From the sequence record MZ475898.1: a stretch of DNA of 64,000 bases, one strand, 5' to 3'. Positions 53,995-63,455 of this stretch are shown piece by piece. A program made the position numbers and the translations under genes. Each line of letters starts with the position of its first letter. Position 1 is the stretch's first letter. The notes under the pieces are model-generated. The model was not told the DNA's origin. It saw nothing but the letters and a program-made list of their open reading frames with translations, and ran no database searches.

Positions 53995-55961
53995 TCCAAC
54001 TTATATTTACGTCGGAACTCTGCTAGACCCATGACAGGAATGCCTTTGTCCATGGCCTTCTGGAGTTTCGCAGAACCCGAGCCTGGGTCTTTGGCGATAA
54101 GAATGGTTGTATCTGCTTTCATGCTATCTGAGGCAGTACCACCAAGCTCAACGATACGCTGCATCAGTTCACGATCACGAATGCCCGTGAATGCAACGTT
54201 AACGCCTTTCAGCTTAGAACTCGTCACCTGAACACGTTTCGGTGCCACCAGCTTGACACCGATTTCATTCGCAAGCTGATACGCAGAGACACACGCAAGA
54301 GCAATGTCAGGTGATTTCGTTTTGATGCCGTGAATGTCCGAGATAGCTTTAGCGAGCGCCAGAGGATTCTGTTTGCGCACTAGCTTGTCAAGGTCAGGCA
54401 CGCTATCGACCACTTTATCAAACGTAGTGTTGGCGCCACGCATGAAGTACGGCGAGCACGCTTTAAGCCACGTATTGACAGCAACGCCTGAGCGTAATGC
54501 TTTGAGGTCTTTCGCAAGCTGAGCGCCACGCGAGTCACCAACCACTTCACGCAGCACACCGATAGTTGCAGCAAACAAACGGGCAGGTGTATCAATGCCA
54601 GACTCTACGAGCAGCTTCGACGTACTCGGTCCTGTGTTAGCAACGTCCAATCCTTTGAGGAATGAACTGAGCAGTCGAGTAGTGCCTACCTCAGTCTTGG
54701 TATTGATAACAAACTCAACGCCATTGACTTTGTAAGGCACGTCAGGCAGCTTTGGCTTCTTCGCAGGCTTGAGAATCTCCATGATGTATGGGATTACCTT
54801 ACCACTACGAATCAGCTTGACTGTAGCACCTGGGCCAAGAGGCTTCTTAGCATGAGGTGCAGTCGCTTTACCTTTAGGCTTGAGATAGCCGTGCTCAACA
54901 TAGAATCCATTGTGGCCATTAGCACGCTGCACAGTGACGCCACCAGTCATCAGCGTTGGTGGGAAGATGATAACAGGCTGCAAGATACCGTACTTGGTTT
55001 CTTGGTAGATAACATCCTCTACCTTAACGATCACTGTGTCAGCTTCTGCATTCATTTTAAACTTGAATGCGTGCTTTGGATTGGATGCAGTCGCTTTAGG
55101 GCTAGGCACATCTTCCGTGAGTACAACACCATCCAGCTCGTAAATAGCTTTAGACAGACGGCGCTCCAAGAACGCGATCAACTCATCTTCTGAATTGAAG
55201 CGCTTTGGTGGCGTATGCCTAACGACTTCGAATCCCCAGCGCTCTAGCAGGGCGAACTGCTTAGACTGTTTGAGCGTAGCACCGTCACCGCCGATGATAG
55301 AGAAGCACACCATGCGGACGTACTTGAACTCGGACGCTGTTTCAAAGTTACGCACAAGTCCAGACGCAGCGTTACGAGCGGCCTTGAAGCGACCACCAGC
55401 AGACTCATGCATCTTAGCCATGAATGTCTTTTGAGGAATGAGTGCCTCAAAGCGCAACACAGTCTGACCCCTGACTGGAATCTTTTTAGGGATTTTCATC
55501 GCAGGGATATGATGGGATACGTCTTTACCGTGAGTAGCATCGCCACGAGTGTACGCCTTTACAGGCACACCGTCTTGATACACAATCTCAAGGCTCAAGC
55601 CATCGAGCTTGTCCGTTGCAACGTAGTCCACATCTTTCGACAGTGCTTTGGCAATCTGCTTCGAGCCCGCCTGAAACTGATTGAGACTTGCCATAGGTAC
55701 AGGCAGCTTAACATCAGCATCATCACGCTGACCAATCTTACGAGCCAGCTTAGACTTGGGCCATTTAGCGTCGATGTAGTTACGGATGGAATCGTACACT
55801 GCATCGCTCACCAGACCTTCATCATCCGTATGATATGCGTTGTCCAGAGCGGTTATTAAGTTACGCACTTGCGTCTGGTTCAAGGTGTCCAAGACCTTTT
55901 GAGGGTTCTTGGACAGTTGCTTGAGACTAACAGAGGCAGAAATAGAAAGCCTTACTTTCAT
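53991..55961 (-). CDS. ligA: NAD+-dependent DNA ligase
   Basis: Domain Ia AYH...VSDAVYD; KLDG adenylation motif; ELDGVV; AFKF; C-terminal BRCT (FTG...ELGG...KLQKA). Confidence 0.95.
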   Translation of the reverse strand: MKVRLSISASVSLKQLSKNPQKVLDTLNQTQVRNLITALDNAYHTDDEGLVSDAVYDSIRNYIDAKWPKSKLARKIGQRDDADVKLPVPMASLNQFQAGSKQIAKALSKDVDYVATDKLDGLSLEIVYQDGVPVKAYTRGDATHGKDVSHHIPAMKIPKKIPVRGQTVLRFEALIPQKTFMAKMHESAGGRFKAARNAASGLVRNFETASEFKYVRMVCFSIIGGDGATLKQSKQFALLERWGFEVVRHTPPKRFNSEDELIAFLERRLSKAIYELDGVVLTEDVPSPKATASNPKHAFKFKMNAEADTVIVKVEDVIYQETKYGILQPVIIFPPTLMTGGVTVQRANGHNGFYVEHGYLKPKGKATAPHAKKPLGPGATVKLIRSGKVIPYIMEILKPAKKPKLPDVPYKVNGVEFVINTKTEVGTTRLLSSFLKGLDVANTGPSTSKLLVESGIDTPARLFAATIGVLREVVGDSRGAQLAKDLKALRSGVAVNTWLKACSPYFMRGANTTFDKVVDSVPDLDKLVRKQNPLALAKAISDIHGIKTKSPDIALACVSAYQLANEIGVKLVAPKRVQVTSSKLKGVNVAFTGIRDRELMQRIVELGGTASDSMKADTTILIAKDPGSGSAKLQKAMDKGIPVMGLAEFRRKYKLE

Positions 55962-56000
55962 GCTTTTCTCCGATCGACATTAACACTCTTGTTTACAGTG

Positions 56001-57947
56001 TTATGATGCGATAGGGTCCTTGTTGACCTCGTAATCTTCCGCCATGTCGTACACGCGATTGAACAGCTTAGGCGCCATATCTTTCACATGCTCGGCATAG
56101 TCGAACAGGTTCTGCTTACGCGCACGATTGACACGCACCTGACGTACTTCGTCTGGGCTATTCGTAATATCGTACAGCGTATACACAACGATGTTATCAG
56201 AGGAGTTATGAGTGCTTACCTTGAGGACTACCCAATCGCGTTGCAGTTTAGCATCAGCCTTGAAGCGGAGGACGTCGCCCTCTTCGGCTTCATCTGCACG
56301 CGCATCAGGAGTAGACTTGTTAGTTGCGGCAATCTTCTTCGCAGTCTCGGCAGCTTCTTTCTCTGCCTCAGCCACATCAGAATCTTGGTCTTCATCCGCT
56401 TCTGTTTCGTCTACGGCGTCAGAGGTATCGTCAGCGGAGTCGTCGTCTTCTTCGTCGTCATCTCCAGACGTATCTTCCTCGTCATCTCCTCCGTCGTCGG
56501 CATCATCAGATTCCACATCGGAGTCGTCATCTGAATCGTCGGAGCTATCATCCCCATCCTCATCATCAGACTCTGAATCGCTATCGTCAGCATCTTCTTC
56601 TGCATCTGGATCGTCCTCTTCCGTTTCGTCGTCTGGATCAACGTCACCGCCTTCAGGGTCATCCTCTTCCAGCTCGGAGTCATCGTCGAGGTTAGCCTCT
56701 TCTGAGTCGTCTGGCTCATCATCCTTGGTTGAGTTCTTAACAGAGCCGCCTTTCTTGCGAACCTTAGACTTAGGAGCAACTTCCTCTTCGTCATCATCTG
56801 GTTCATCAATGTCAGACAGGTCAAGCTCAGAATCGACTTCGTTGTCTGCGCTATCGTCACCGCCGAACATAGAGCTAACGGTGTCTTCCAGACTGAATAC
56901 ATCACCTGCAAACGGGCTACGTTGAAGAATGTCTTCAAGGCGTTGCTCATCGAGGTCCTGCTCAAGGTCCAGATGTTCTTCGATAGCATCATCGAGGTTT
57001 TCATGCTCAATGACTTTAGGCAGACGACGACGATCATTCAGGCCAGGGTCATCAGAGTAGATGGTACGCTGAGGTCCTGTAGGCGCTTCAATCTCACCGT
57101 CACGCACTTTGCGTCTGAGGTCACGCATCTCTGCGCTACGCTCACGAGCTTTCTTACGTGCTTCCTGTGCGAGTTCCTTGCGCTGTTGTTTGCGCTCAAG
57201 GGCAGATGCCTCACGACCTAAACGTTCAGCTTCTTCCTGTTCACGGCCTTCGCGATGGCGAGCACGACGAACCATACGACGATACTGTTTGATAGTATCA
57301 ACATCAACACTACCAACAGGCCAGTCATTAAGAGGCAGAATGTTTGTGTCATGCACAATCAGATCGTACTGGGCGTCATCGACTTTCAGGAACAGGCCTT
57401 CTGTGTTGATAACGATACCGCCTTTGCCTTGACGCAAGAAACGCACGCCAATCATATCGTTGCGGTACATCTTATAAATACCCTTGGTAGTCTTCACAGG
57501 ATATTCAGTGCCAGGCACCATGCGCCATTGATAGTTGGCAAAGTCAACGCCATACACAGCTTCTGACTTAACCGATTTCGGCATAAAGCGAGGAGCATCA
57601 AACAGGGTGCGATTGATCTTACGCTCAAGGCTCTTAGCGCCAGCAACGCGTGCAGTAGTACCGGCCTCACGTTTAACCACAGCTGGTGGTTTACGCAACT
57701 TAGAGCTACGTTCAATGAGGAGCAGACCTGTCGTTTTGTCGAGAGGGAAATCGACGTGCGGCATGTCTGGGAAAATCAGTGTATAACGACCACCATTCCT
57801 GAGTGGCAGAATACCAAAAGTGTCGCCATTACGAATCATACGTTTGTGTGATCGCTGCGTCACCTCTCGTCCACGTGAACCAGTAAACTGCATCCACGCG
57901 TACTTCGATACGGCATCTTCATATGATGCGGATTCGGAGAGTACCAT
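56001..57947 (-). CDS. Acidic low-complexity protein with SESAS leader and two copies of the shared domain
   Basis: 648 aa; MVLSESAS; charged helix; ~200-aa D/E tract; C-terminal SH3-like barrel. Confidence 0.75.
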   Translation of the reverse strand: MVLSESASYEDAVSKYAWMQFTGSRGREVTQRSHKRMIRNGDTFGILPLRNGGRYTLIFPDMPHVDFPLDKTTGLLLIERSSKLRKPPAVVKREAGTTARVAGAKSLERKINRTLFDAPRFMPKSVKSEAVYGVDFANYQWRMVPGTEYPVKTTKGIYKMYRNDMIGVRFLRQGKGGIVINTEGLFLKVDDAQYDLIVHDTNILPLNDWPVGSVDVDTIKQYRRMVRRARHREGREQEEAERLGREASALERKQQRKELAQEARKKARERSAEMRDLRRKVRDGEIEAPTGPQRTIYSDDPGLNDRRRLPKVIEHENLDDAIEEHLDLEQDLDEQRLEDILQRSPFAGDVFSLEDTVSSMFGGDDSADNEVDSELDLSDIDEPDDDEEEVAPKSKVRKKGGSVKNSTKDDEPDDSEEANLDDDSELEEDDPEGGDVDPDDETEEDDPDAEEDADDSDSESDDEDGDDSSDDSDDDSDVESDDADDGGDDEEDTSGDDDEEDDDSADDTSDAVDETEADEDQDSDVAEAEKEAAETAKKIAATNKSTPDARADEAEEGDVLRFKADAKLQRDWVVLKVSTHNSSDNIVVYTLYDITNSPDEVRQVRVNRARKQNLFDYAEHVKDMAPKLFNRVYDMAEDYEVNKDPIAS

Positions 57948-57980
57948 GTTATTGTCTCTTTGTTATACGAACGCTCATTG

Positions 57981-57988
57981 AAATTAGC
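57981..57988 (-). promoter_or_regulatory. Candidate late promoter motif GCTAATTT
   Basis: 34 nt upstream of ATG 57947, just after a hairpin at 58001-58020. Confidence 0.55.
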
Positions 57989-58008
57989 TTTTTGAGGGAA
58001 AGCGGGGA

Positions 58009-61000
58009 TTATCCCCCGCTCATATAACCTCGTGCGGAACAAGACATAGAACCACATGCAGAATCACATACGGTTACCTGTGCCCACGTCCATGCACCAT
58101 TAGGCTGCTCGATAGCGTACACAGCAGACGCATCGAATCCCCAAACCTGAGTAGCATTTTGCAGCGCCTCCAGCTCAGTAGCGAAGTAACCCTCTTTGAG
58201 CGGTTCATCTCGCGTACCGTGATTAGGAGTTGCAGTCCACGTTTCAAACACAGGACCTTTGACACGCACAGCGCTGTTGGACGTAGCTTTACGCGCAGTA
58301 GGCACTTTAGCACGAACAACAGGACGAGCGGTAGTCTTAGGCGCACTTACCTTAGCACGAACAGCATTAGCACTCACAACCTTGATAGGCGGTGCTGCTT
58401 CTGGATGTCCGATAGCCGCAGTAGGAACGTGTTTGATTCCCTCGTTTGAAGCCAGGTACGCAGGCGCGGTAGCTTTGAACGCAATGCTATGCGGAACTAC
58501 TGAATCAGCCACCAGCTTCAATTGATAGAACTGAGGACGTGATGGGTCAATCAGATATTTCTGCGGAGCTTTCTGCCAATCAGACGCAGCAGGGCCTACG
58601 TGGTAGTAGACAGGGTTCGTGTGGAAACGAACGAACGGTATCTCAGGCATAAAGATTACTGCCGGATGATATACCGGGTCCACATACTTACCAACGATAG
58701 CCTTGACTTGATACGTCACTACCGAAGGCAGCCACTGAGGACGTGCTGGGTCGATATGATACGTTGTCGATGTAGACACATACACAGGCAATGCAGTATC
58801 AGCAGCGTACAGTCCAGGCTGTTTGACATACTGAGGTCGTGCACCTTCAACGACGACATAAGAGTGATCGACTTTGCGGCCAGGCGCAGCAGGAACATGA
58901 TGCAGGCCCGGCTCAGGACGATACTTACCTTCTGTCTTAGGTGCTACAACCAGAGTCTGCTTGACGTAACGCGGCGCAGCAATCTCGAATGAATCCCATG
59001 CAGCTTCCAAACTAAAGTGTGCATCGAACTCAGGGACAAACGCATCAGCTACTGCCTTACTGCCTTGCGTCATTTCAAACAGTGGGAACTCTGCAACAGA
59101 GTCCTTTTGTCCGAGTGTTGCTTCGAACAGCGGCATATCTGTGACTGTATGTTCTGTACCTTGAGTCAGTTCAAACAGCGGCATGTCCGTTACTGCGTGC
59201 TCGGTGCCCTGAGTCATTTCAAACAGATCGAACTCAGTTACACCATTAGAGCCCACAACTGCTTCCGGTTTCATCAAAGGAGTTGTTTCGACAACATCCT
59301 TCTTACCTTCCACCAGCTCAAACAGAGGCATGTCCGTTACTGCTTTCTCTGTGCCTGCCACAAGTTCGAACAGGTCGAAATCGGTAACAACAATATCCGA
59401 ACGAGCAATAAGATCTGCCATGCGGAAGTTATCAACGAAGTCTTTCTGACCTGTATCAAACGCAGGACCTGCAACAGTTTCTGCATCAAACTCAGGCGCT
59501 ACGAAGTTACGGACAAGAGGCTCGGCCAGAGTAACAGATGCATCCTCAAACTCAAACAGGTCAATGTAGTTAGCACTGTCTGTCTTAGTCTCGTACTCAA
59601 CCTCGATCGAGGCAACGTTCTCTGTATGCGCTGCAATGAAGTGTTGGTCAACGAACTGTGCTGTTTGCTCTCCCCACTCGTAGGTAGGGTCAACCGTCAT
59701 GTCGTACAACCAAGGAAGTGGTGCATTACCCAGCATCAACGTATGCGGTTGATCGTGCGACGGCAAGCCGTAGATTTTCAGCATCGTGTCTGCGCATTCG
59801 AATGGACCTACAACGAGTCCTTGATTCTTATACACACCACGTACGTCCAGCTCTTGGACAACACGATTGCCGTCAACATCAAGCAGCAAACCTGCAGGCA
59901 CTGTGATATACGTCCAGAAGTTATCTGGGATGTTATCAAAGAAAATGTCACCGCTATCTGCCATGACGTAACGTTCGGCACGCTTTGTCTGAGGCACATC
60001 ACCAAGCCACACCTTGTCAGCCCACACGTACCATTCGTAATCGTGCTGCTCTGTGCTGAACTTGACAGTATATTGAATGTTCTCTGTAGGCGTGAACTCA
60101 ATCTGAGCCGTACCGTTAGCAGGGACAGTTACTGTCTTGCCTCCTGACACAAACTTAGCATCGGTGTCAGTGATTGTCAGGACAAGAGCACTGGTGCCTG
60201 TGTTGCGAATAACATCAGAACGTACAGGCTTACCAATAGGAGCATATGCCCAGTGACGTCCTACATTCAGCACAGGTTCGACGATGGTATACACACCAAA
60301 CGAGGAGCTTGTCTTGCCTACTTCAACGCCAATCTTTGTCGTGTTGTTTTGTTGCAGAACTTCGAAGCCAAGCGTCTGACCATTACGAATAACAGCAGGC
60401 TGGGCAGTCTCTATGCCATCAACAAAGATCTTAACACGTTCATCAGTTGCTTCTTCACCATCCACCAGCACTGTGATAGGCACAGTAACGTTGATGCCAC
60501 TGATTGTCACATCTTCGGTGCGTGTCCACGTATCGTTCTCAACACCAACAATGTTCTCCCACTTGAAAGCGTTAGGAGTATCATCGATTTTGGTTTCGAA
60601 CTGATAGACGGTACGGCCAATCGCTACAGGGAATGACGTACCTGTGATGTAAGCATGAGACAGCGTGATAGTAACTTCATCACCGTTGAACACACGCGTT
60701 ACGGACTTACCACCAACAGTTGCAGATACAGACACACCTGCAGGCGCTGAGATAGCGAGAGGTAAGTCTGGGTCTTCTGCCTGAACTGTCAACGTGAAAC
60801 TAACAGTCGGACCTAGCTCAACATCAGCCAGGTTAGGCCAGACAGTGTTGTAGTTGCGGTAGTCGATGTGTTTCAGGTTGTTAGTAGGACGTGCTGCGTA
60901 ATAGAACAGGCGATCATACTGATCTGCATCAGTGTACGGAGCATTGAACAGCGATAGCACAGGCCAACCGCTGCGCGTAGACGTAGCAACATCTGAACCA

Positions 61001-62202
61001 CGCAGTGAACTGATAAGAGCATCCGTACCATCAGTACACATACCCTTGGACATATAACCAGCATCAGTCCAAGCACCGTCAGACCAGTAGAACAGTCTGT
61101 CACCATTATCACTGCGACGACTGCCCTGTCCAGCAAACGACCAACGCATCTCATACACACTTGCGCGGGTAGGGTCTGTGTCATACGCAGCAGTGTTAAA
61201 ACCAACGGCAACAGTTGAGCCAGTAGGGAACTGGAACCATAAAGTGTTTGCTGGTGGTGTGTAGCTGCCGTTATCAGTAACGAAACCGATCATTTCACCT
61301 GATGCAGTGACGAGTATGTCATTACCATCAGAGGCGTTGACGTAGAACTTATCCGTCAATACCTTAGTCTGATTGAAAGACGCATCGAGGTAATGTGCAG
61401 CACCATCACGGTCAAACACCACATAGCTATCAGCAGTACCGTTAAGCGCGAAGTTAGCGCGACGATACACAACACGGTTGACCTTATACCCGAGTTGGAT
61501 AGGGTCCGCTGTAGACGTCAGGGCTTCATCGAGAATATCGATATGACCATCACGATGAATCAGCACCAGACCTGTACGCTTACCAGTAGAGTCAAAAGTC
61601 ACATGGTAGTGTGCAAGGTCAACGTCAGTCAGTGCGCTGAAGATCTTCGTGTTAGCCACAGCACCGTTAGTGTATAAACAGTACAGGGTTTTAGCTTGGC
61701 GATCATATACGAACGACACACGCTTGGTAAGGTCAAACGGTGCGTATGCGAGATCACTGATTTTAACTACAGGCGATTGCTGCAATTCAGCCTGAGTAGG
61801 ATTGCGTACACCACCACCAATAACAAGACCGTTGTACGTCGGGTTTAGGGACGCACCAAGCGGCATTGCATCAACGCCTTGCGTGAAGAAGCGATAGTCC
61901 AGCGTCTTCTTGCGAGGTACGGTGAAGATACGAGAAGCTGAATGAACCAGCATCCAGTTGTCACCGTCTTTGTAATAGACGACTACAGGCTGGGTTGTTG
62001 TCTCATCAACAGTGATAGTTGCCTTGAGGGATAGTGCATACACAGAACCCGTTGGGGTAATGTCCATCTGAGATGTGTTATTGCTAAACGTACCACCAGC
62101 AACACGAAACGTCAGGACGTCGGTATGACCAGAAATCGTTACGCTATCTGACCACGTAACTGGACCGCTGGCCTGCTCGACTACAGGAATCAATTCAGCC
62201 AT
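58009..62202 (-). CDS. Large virion/fibre protein with Ig-like modules and 16-aa periodic repeats
   Basis: 1397 aa; DTPNAFKW...VTISG Ig-like repeats; TDMPLFELTQGTEHTV-type array. Confidence 0.75.
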   Translation of the reverse strand: MAELIPVVEQASGPVTWSDSVTISGHTDVLTFRVAGGTFSNNTSQMDITPTGSVYALSLKATITVDETTTQPVVVYYKDGDNWMLVHSASRIFTVPRKKTLDYRFFTQGVDAMPLGASLNPTYNGLVIGGGVRNPTQAELQQSPVVKISDLAYAPFDLTKRVSFVYDRQAKTLYCLYTNGAVANTKIFSALTDVDLAHYHVTFDSTGKRTGLVLIHRDGHIDILDEALTSTADPIQLGYKVNRVVYRRANFALNGTADSYVVFDRDGAAHYLDASFNQTKVLTDKFYVNASDGNDILVTASGEMIGFVTDNGSYTPPANTLWFQFPTGSTVAVGFNTAAYDTDPTRASVYEMRWSFAGQGSRRSDNGDRLFYWSDGAWTDAGYMSKGMCTDGTDALISSLRGSDVATSTRSGWPVLSLFNAPYTDADQYDRLFYYAARPTNNLKHIDYRNYNTVWPNLADVELGPTVSFTLTVQAEDPDLPLAISAPAGVSVSATVGGKSVTRVFNGDEVTITLSHAYITGTSFPVAIGRTVYQFETKIDDTPNAFKWENIVGVENDTWTRTEDVTISGINVTVPITVLVDGEEATDERVKIFVDGIETAQPAVIRNGQTLGFEVLQQNNTTKIGVEVGKTSSSFGVYTIVEPVLNVGRHWAYAPIGKPVRSDVIRNTGTSALVLTITDTDAKFVSGGKTVTVPANGTAQIEFTPTENIQYTVKFSTEQHDYEWYVWADKVWLGDVPQTKRAERYVMADSGDIFFDNIPDNFWTYITVPAGLLLDVDGNRVVQELDVRGVYKNQGLVVGPFECADTMLKIYGLPSHDQPHTLMLGNAPLPWLYDMTVDPTYEWGEQTAQFVDQHFIAAHTENVASIEVEYETKTDSANYIDLFEFEDASVTLAEPLVRNFVAPEFDAETVAGPAFDTGQKDFVDNFRMADLIARSDIVVTDFDLFELVAGTEKAVTDMPLFELVEGKKDVVETTPLMKPEAVVGSNGVTEFDLFEMTQGTEHAVTDMPLFELTQGTEHTVTDMPLFEATLGQKDSVAEFPLFEMTQGSKAVADAFVPEFDAHFSLEAAWDSFEIAAPRYVKQTLVVAPKTEGKYRPEPGLHHVPAAPGRKVDHSYVVVEGARPQYVKQPGLYAADTALPVYVSTSTTYHIDPARPQWLPSVVTYQVKAIVGKYVDPVYHPAVIFMPEIPFVRFHTNPVYYHVGPAASDWQKAPQKYLIDPSRPQFYQLKLVADSVVPHSIAFKATAPAYLASNEGIKHVPTAAIGHPEAAPPIKVVSANAVRAKVSAPKTTARPVVRAKVPTARKATSNSAVRVKGPVFETWTATPNHGTRDEPLKEGYFATELEALQNATQVWGFDASAVYAIEQPNGAWTWAQVTVCDSACGSMSCSARGYMSGG
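59040..59400 (-). repeat. Coding tandem repeat, ~48 nt/16 aa, about 7 copies
   Basis: Repeated + strand tcaaacagcggcatgtccgttactgc; protein T(D/E)(M/F)(P/D)LFE. Confidence 0.8.
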
Positions 62203-62227
62203 TGCTTTTCCTCACGATGTAGAAACT

Positions 62228-62251
62228 AAAAAGGGCGGCCGAAGCCACCCT
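62228..62251 (-). terminator. Intrinsic terminator with UUCG loop
   Basis: Minus strand AGGGTGGC-TTCG-GCCGCCCT followed by TTTT. Confidence 0.8.
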
Positions 62252-62264
62252 GTGAGGAATAGGC

Positions 62265-63437
62265 TTAGGCGCCTGAAGTTGGAGCTGGGTCTGCCGCTTT
62301 GTAGCCACGCAGGAAGAAGACACGCATACCGGTGTTGTTCGGACTGTTAGCAGTCAGAGCTTTATAGGTACGCTTCTTCGGCGTAGTGCCATCGCTTTCC
62401 ATCTCGTTGTACACCTGCACGTCGAGGTCGGTACCGTTCGATACAACGTCAGCAGACGCGTAACCAACAATGTCCATCTCGTACGGGTAGCTGTAGCGCT
62501 GCGTGTTGAAGCCAGCAGGCAGACGGAAGTCGAAGTGGTTATCCTCAGAGAATGGAACCATCTGATATGGGTTGATAACCGCAGAGCAGTCAGCGCTGTG
62601 CAGATGCGCAGGAGCTGGAGCAGTCGGCGCATTCACATCAGATTCACGCACGGTAAAGCGCATGAGCTGGTACGAACCTGGGCTGTACGTGATAGGACGC
62701 ACTTCGGTGTTGTTATCCGCAGCGCCACCACCGTTAACGGTGAACATACAGAACAGAGGAGCTTTACCATCAACAACCACAGTACCATCGCTGTTGATAG
62801 CACGCTGAACAACGAACCACGCTGCACGGCAACCATCAGAGTCATGGCCTTCTGCCTGAATGTGAACAGCGAAGCCGTGCTCAGTCAGAGAGATGTGGTA
62901 AGTGAACGGCGTAGCTTCTGGGTCAGCGAAGATCAGACTGTCTGGGTTAGTCTGAGTTGGCGTGGTAACGTTCTGTGGGAACGCCATAGTGCCGCTGTAG
63001 TACACGCTGTTTTGGTTAGCACCAGCAATACCACGATGCCAGAAGCATACTTCGGTATCACCAGTTGCACCCTGAGTACCAGTGAAGCGAGCACCAATCT
63101 GACCTGAATACTCAGGCATAGAGTTGGAGGTGGTACCAGTAGTGCCTGTCTTAGACACAGTGCCCGTGTCAGAGATCTGCGTAGGCGAAGCAACATAAAG
63201 CTGCGTGCGCTTATCAGTTCCCTTCATGGCCACACGCCATTTCTGCGTAGCAGCCAGCGGATCAATGGTATCAGTCGCTTCGATTACGAAGGACGACAGG
63301 TCGGTAGAAGGCACAGTGGTTGCTGCCGTACCGTTGAAGCTGATCAGCTTAAAGCCATTAGCCAACAAATCATTCAGAATGTCTTTCCACATCTTCAGGT
63401 TGTTGGTGTAGCCTGATTTAACAATCAGTTTGTTCAT
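62265..63437 (-). CDS. Virion structural protein
   Basis: 390 aa; paralog of the next ORF. Confidence 0.7.
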   Translation of the reverse strand: MNKLIVKSGYTNNLKMWKDILNDLLANGFKLISFNGTAATTVPSTDLSSFVIEATDTIDPLAATQKWRVAMKGTDKRTQLYVASPTQISDTGTVSKTGTTGTTSNSMPEYSGQIGARFTGTQGATGDTEVCFWHRGIAGANQNSVYYSGTMAFPQNVTTPTQTNPDSLIFADPEATPFTYHISLTEHGFAVHIQAEGHDSDGCRAAWFVVQRAINSDGTVVVDGKAPLFCMFTVNGGGAADNNTEVRPITYSPGSYQLMRFTVRESDVNAPTAPAPAHLHSADCSAVINPYQMVPFSEDNHFDFRLPAGFNTQRYSYPYEMDIVGYASADVVSNGTDLDVQVYNEMESDGTTPKKRTYKALTANSPNNTGMRVFFLRGYKAADPAPTSGA

Positions 63438-63455
63438 GTTTCAAATCCCCTAAGA

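Noticed and set aside
56212-57037. Ser-rich plus-strand ORF and overlapping alternate-frame ORFs
   Set aside because: Shadows of the acidic tract of the 648-aa gene
59040-59400. CRISPR array or DGR template/variable repeat
   Set aside because: The repeats are in-frame coding units without spacers; no reverse transcriptase and no adenine-specific variation
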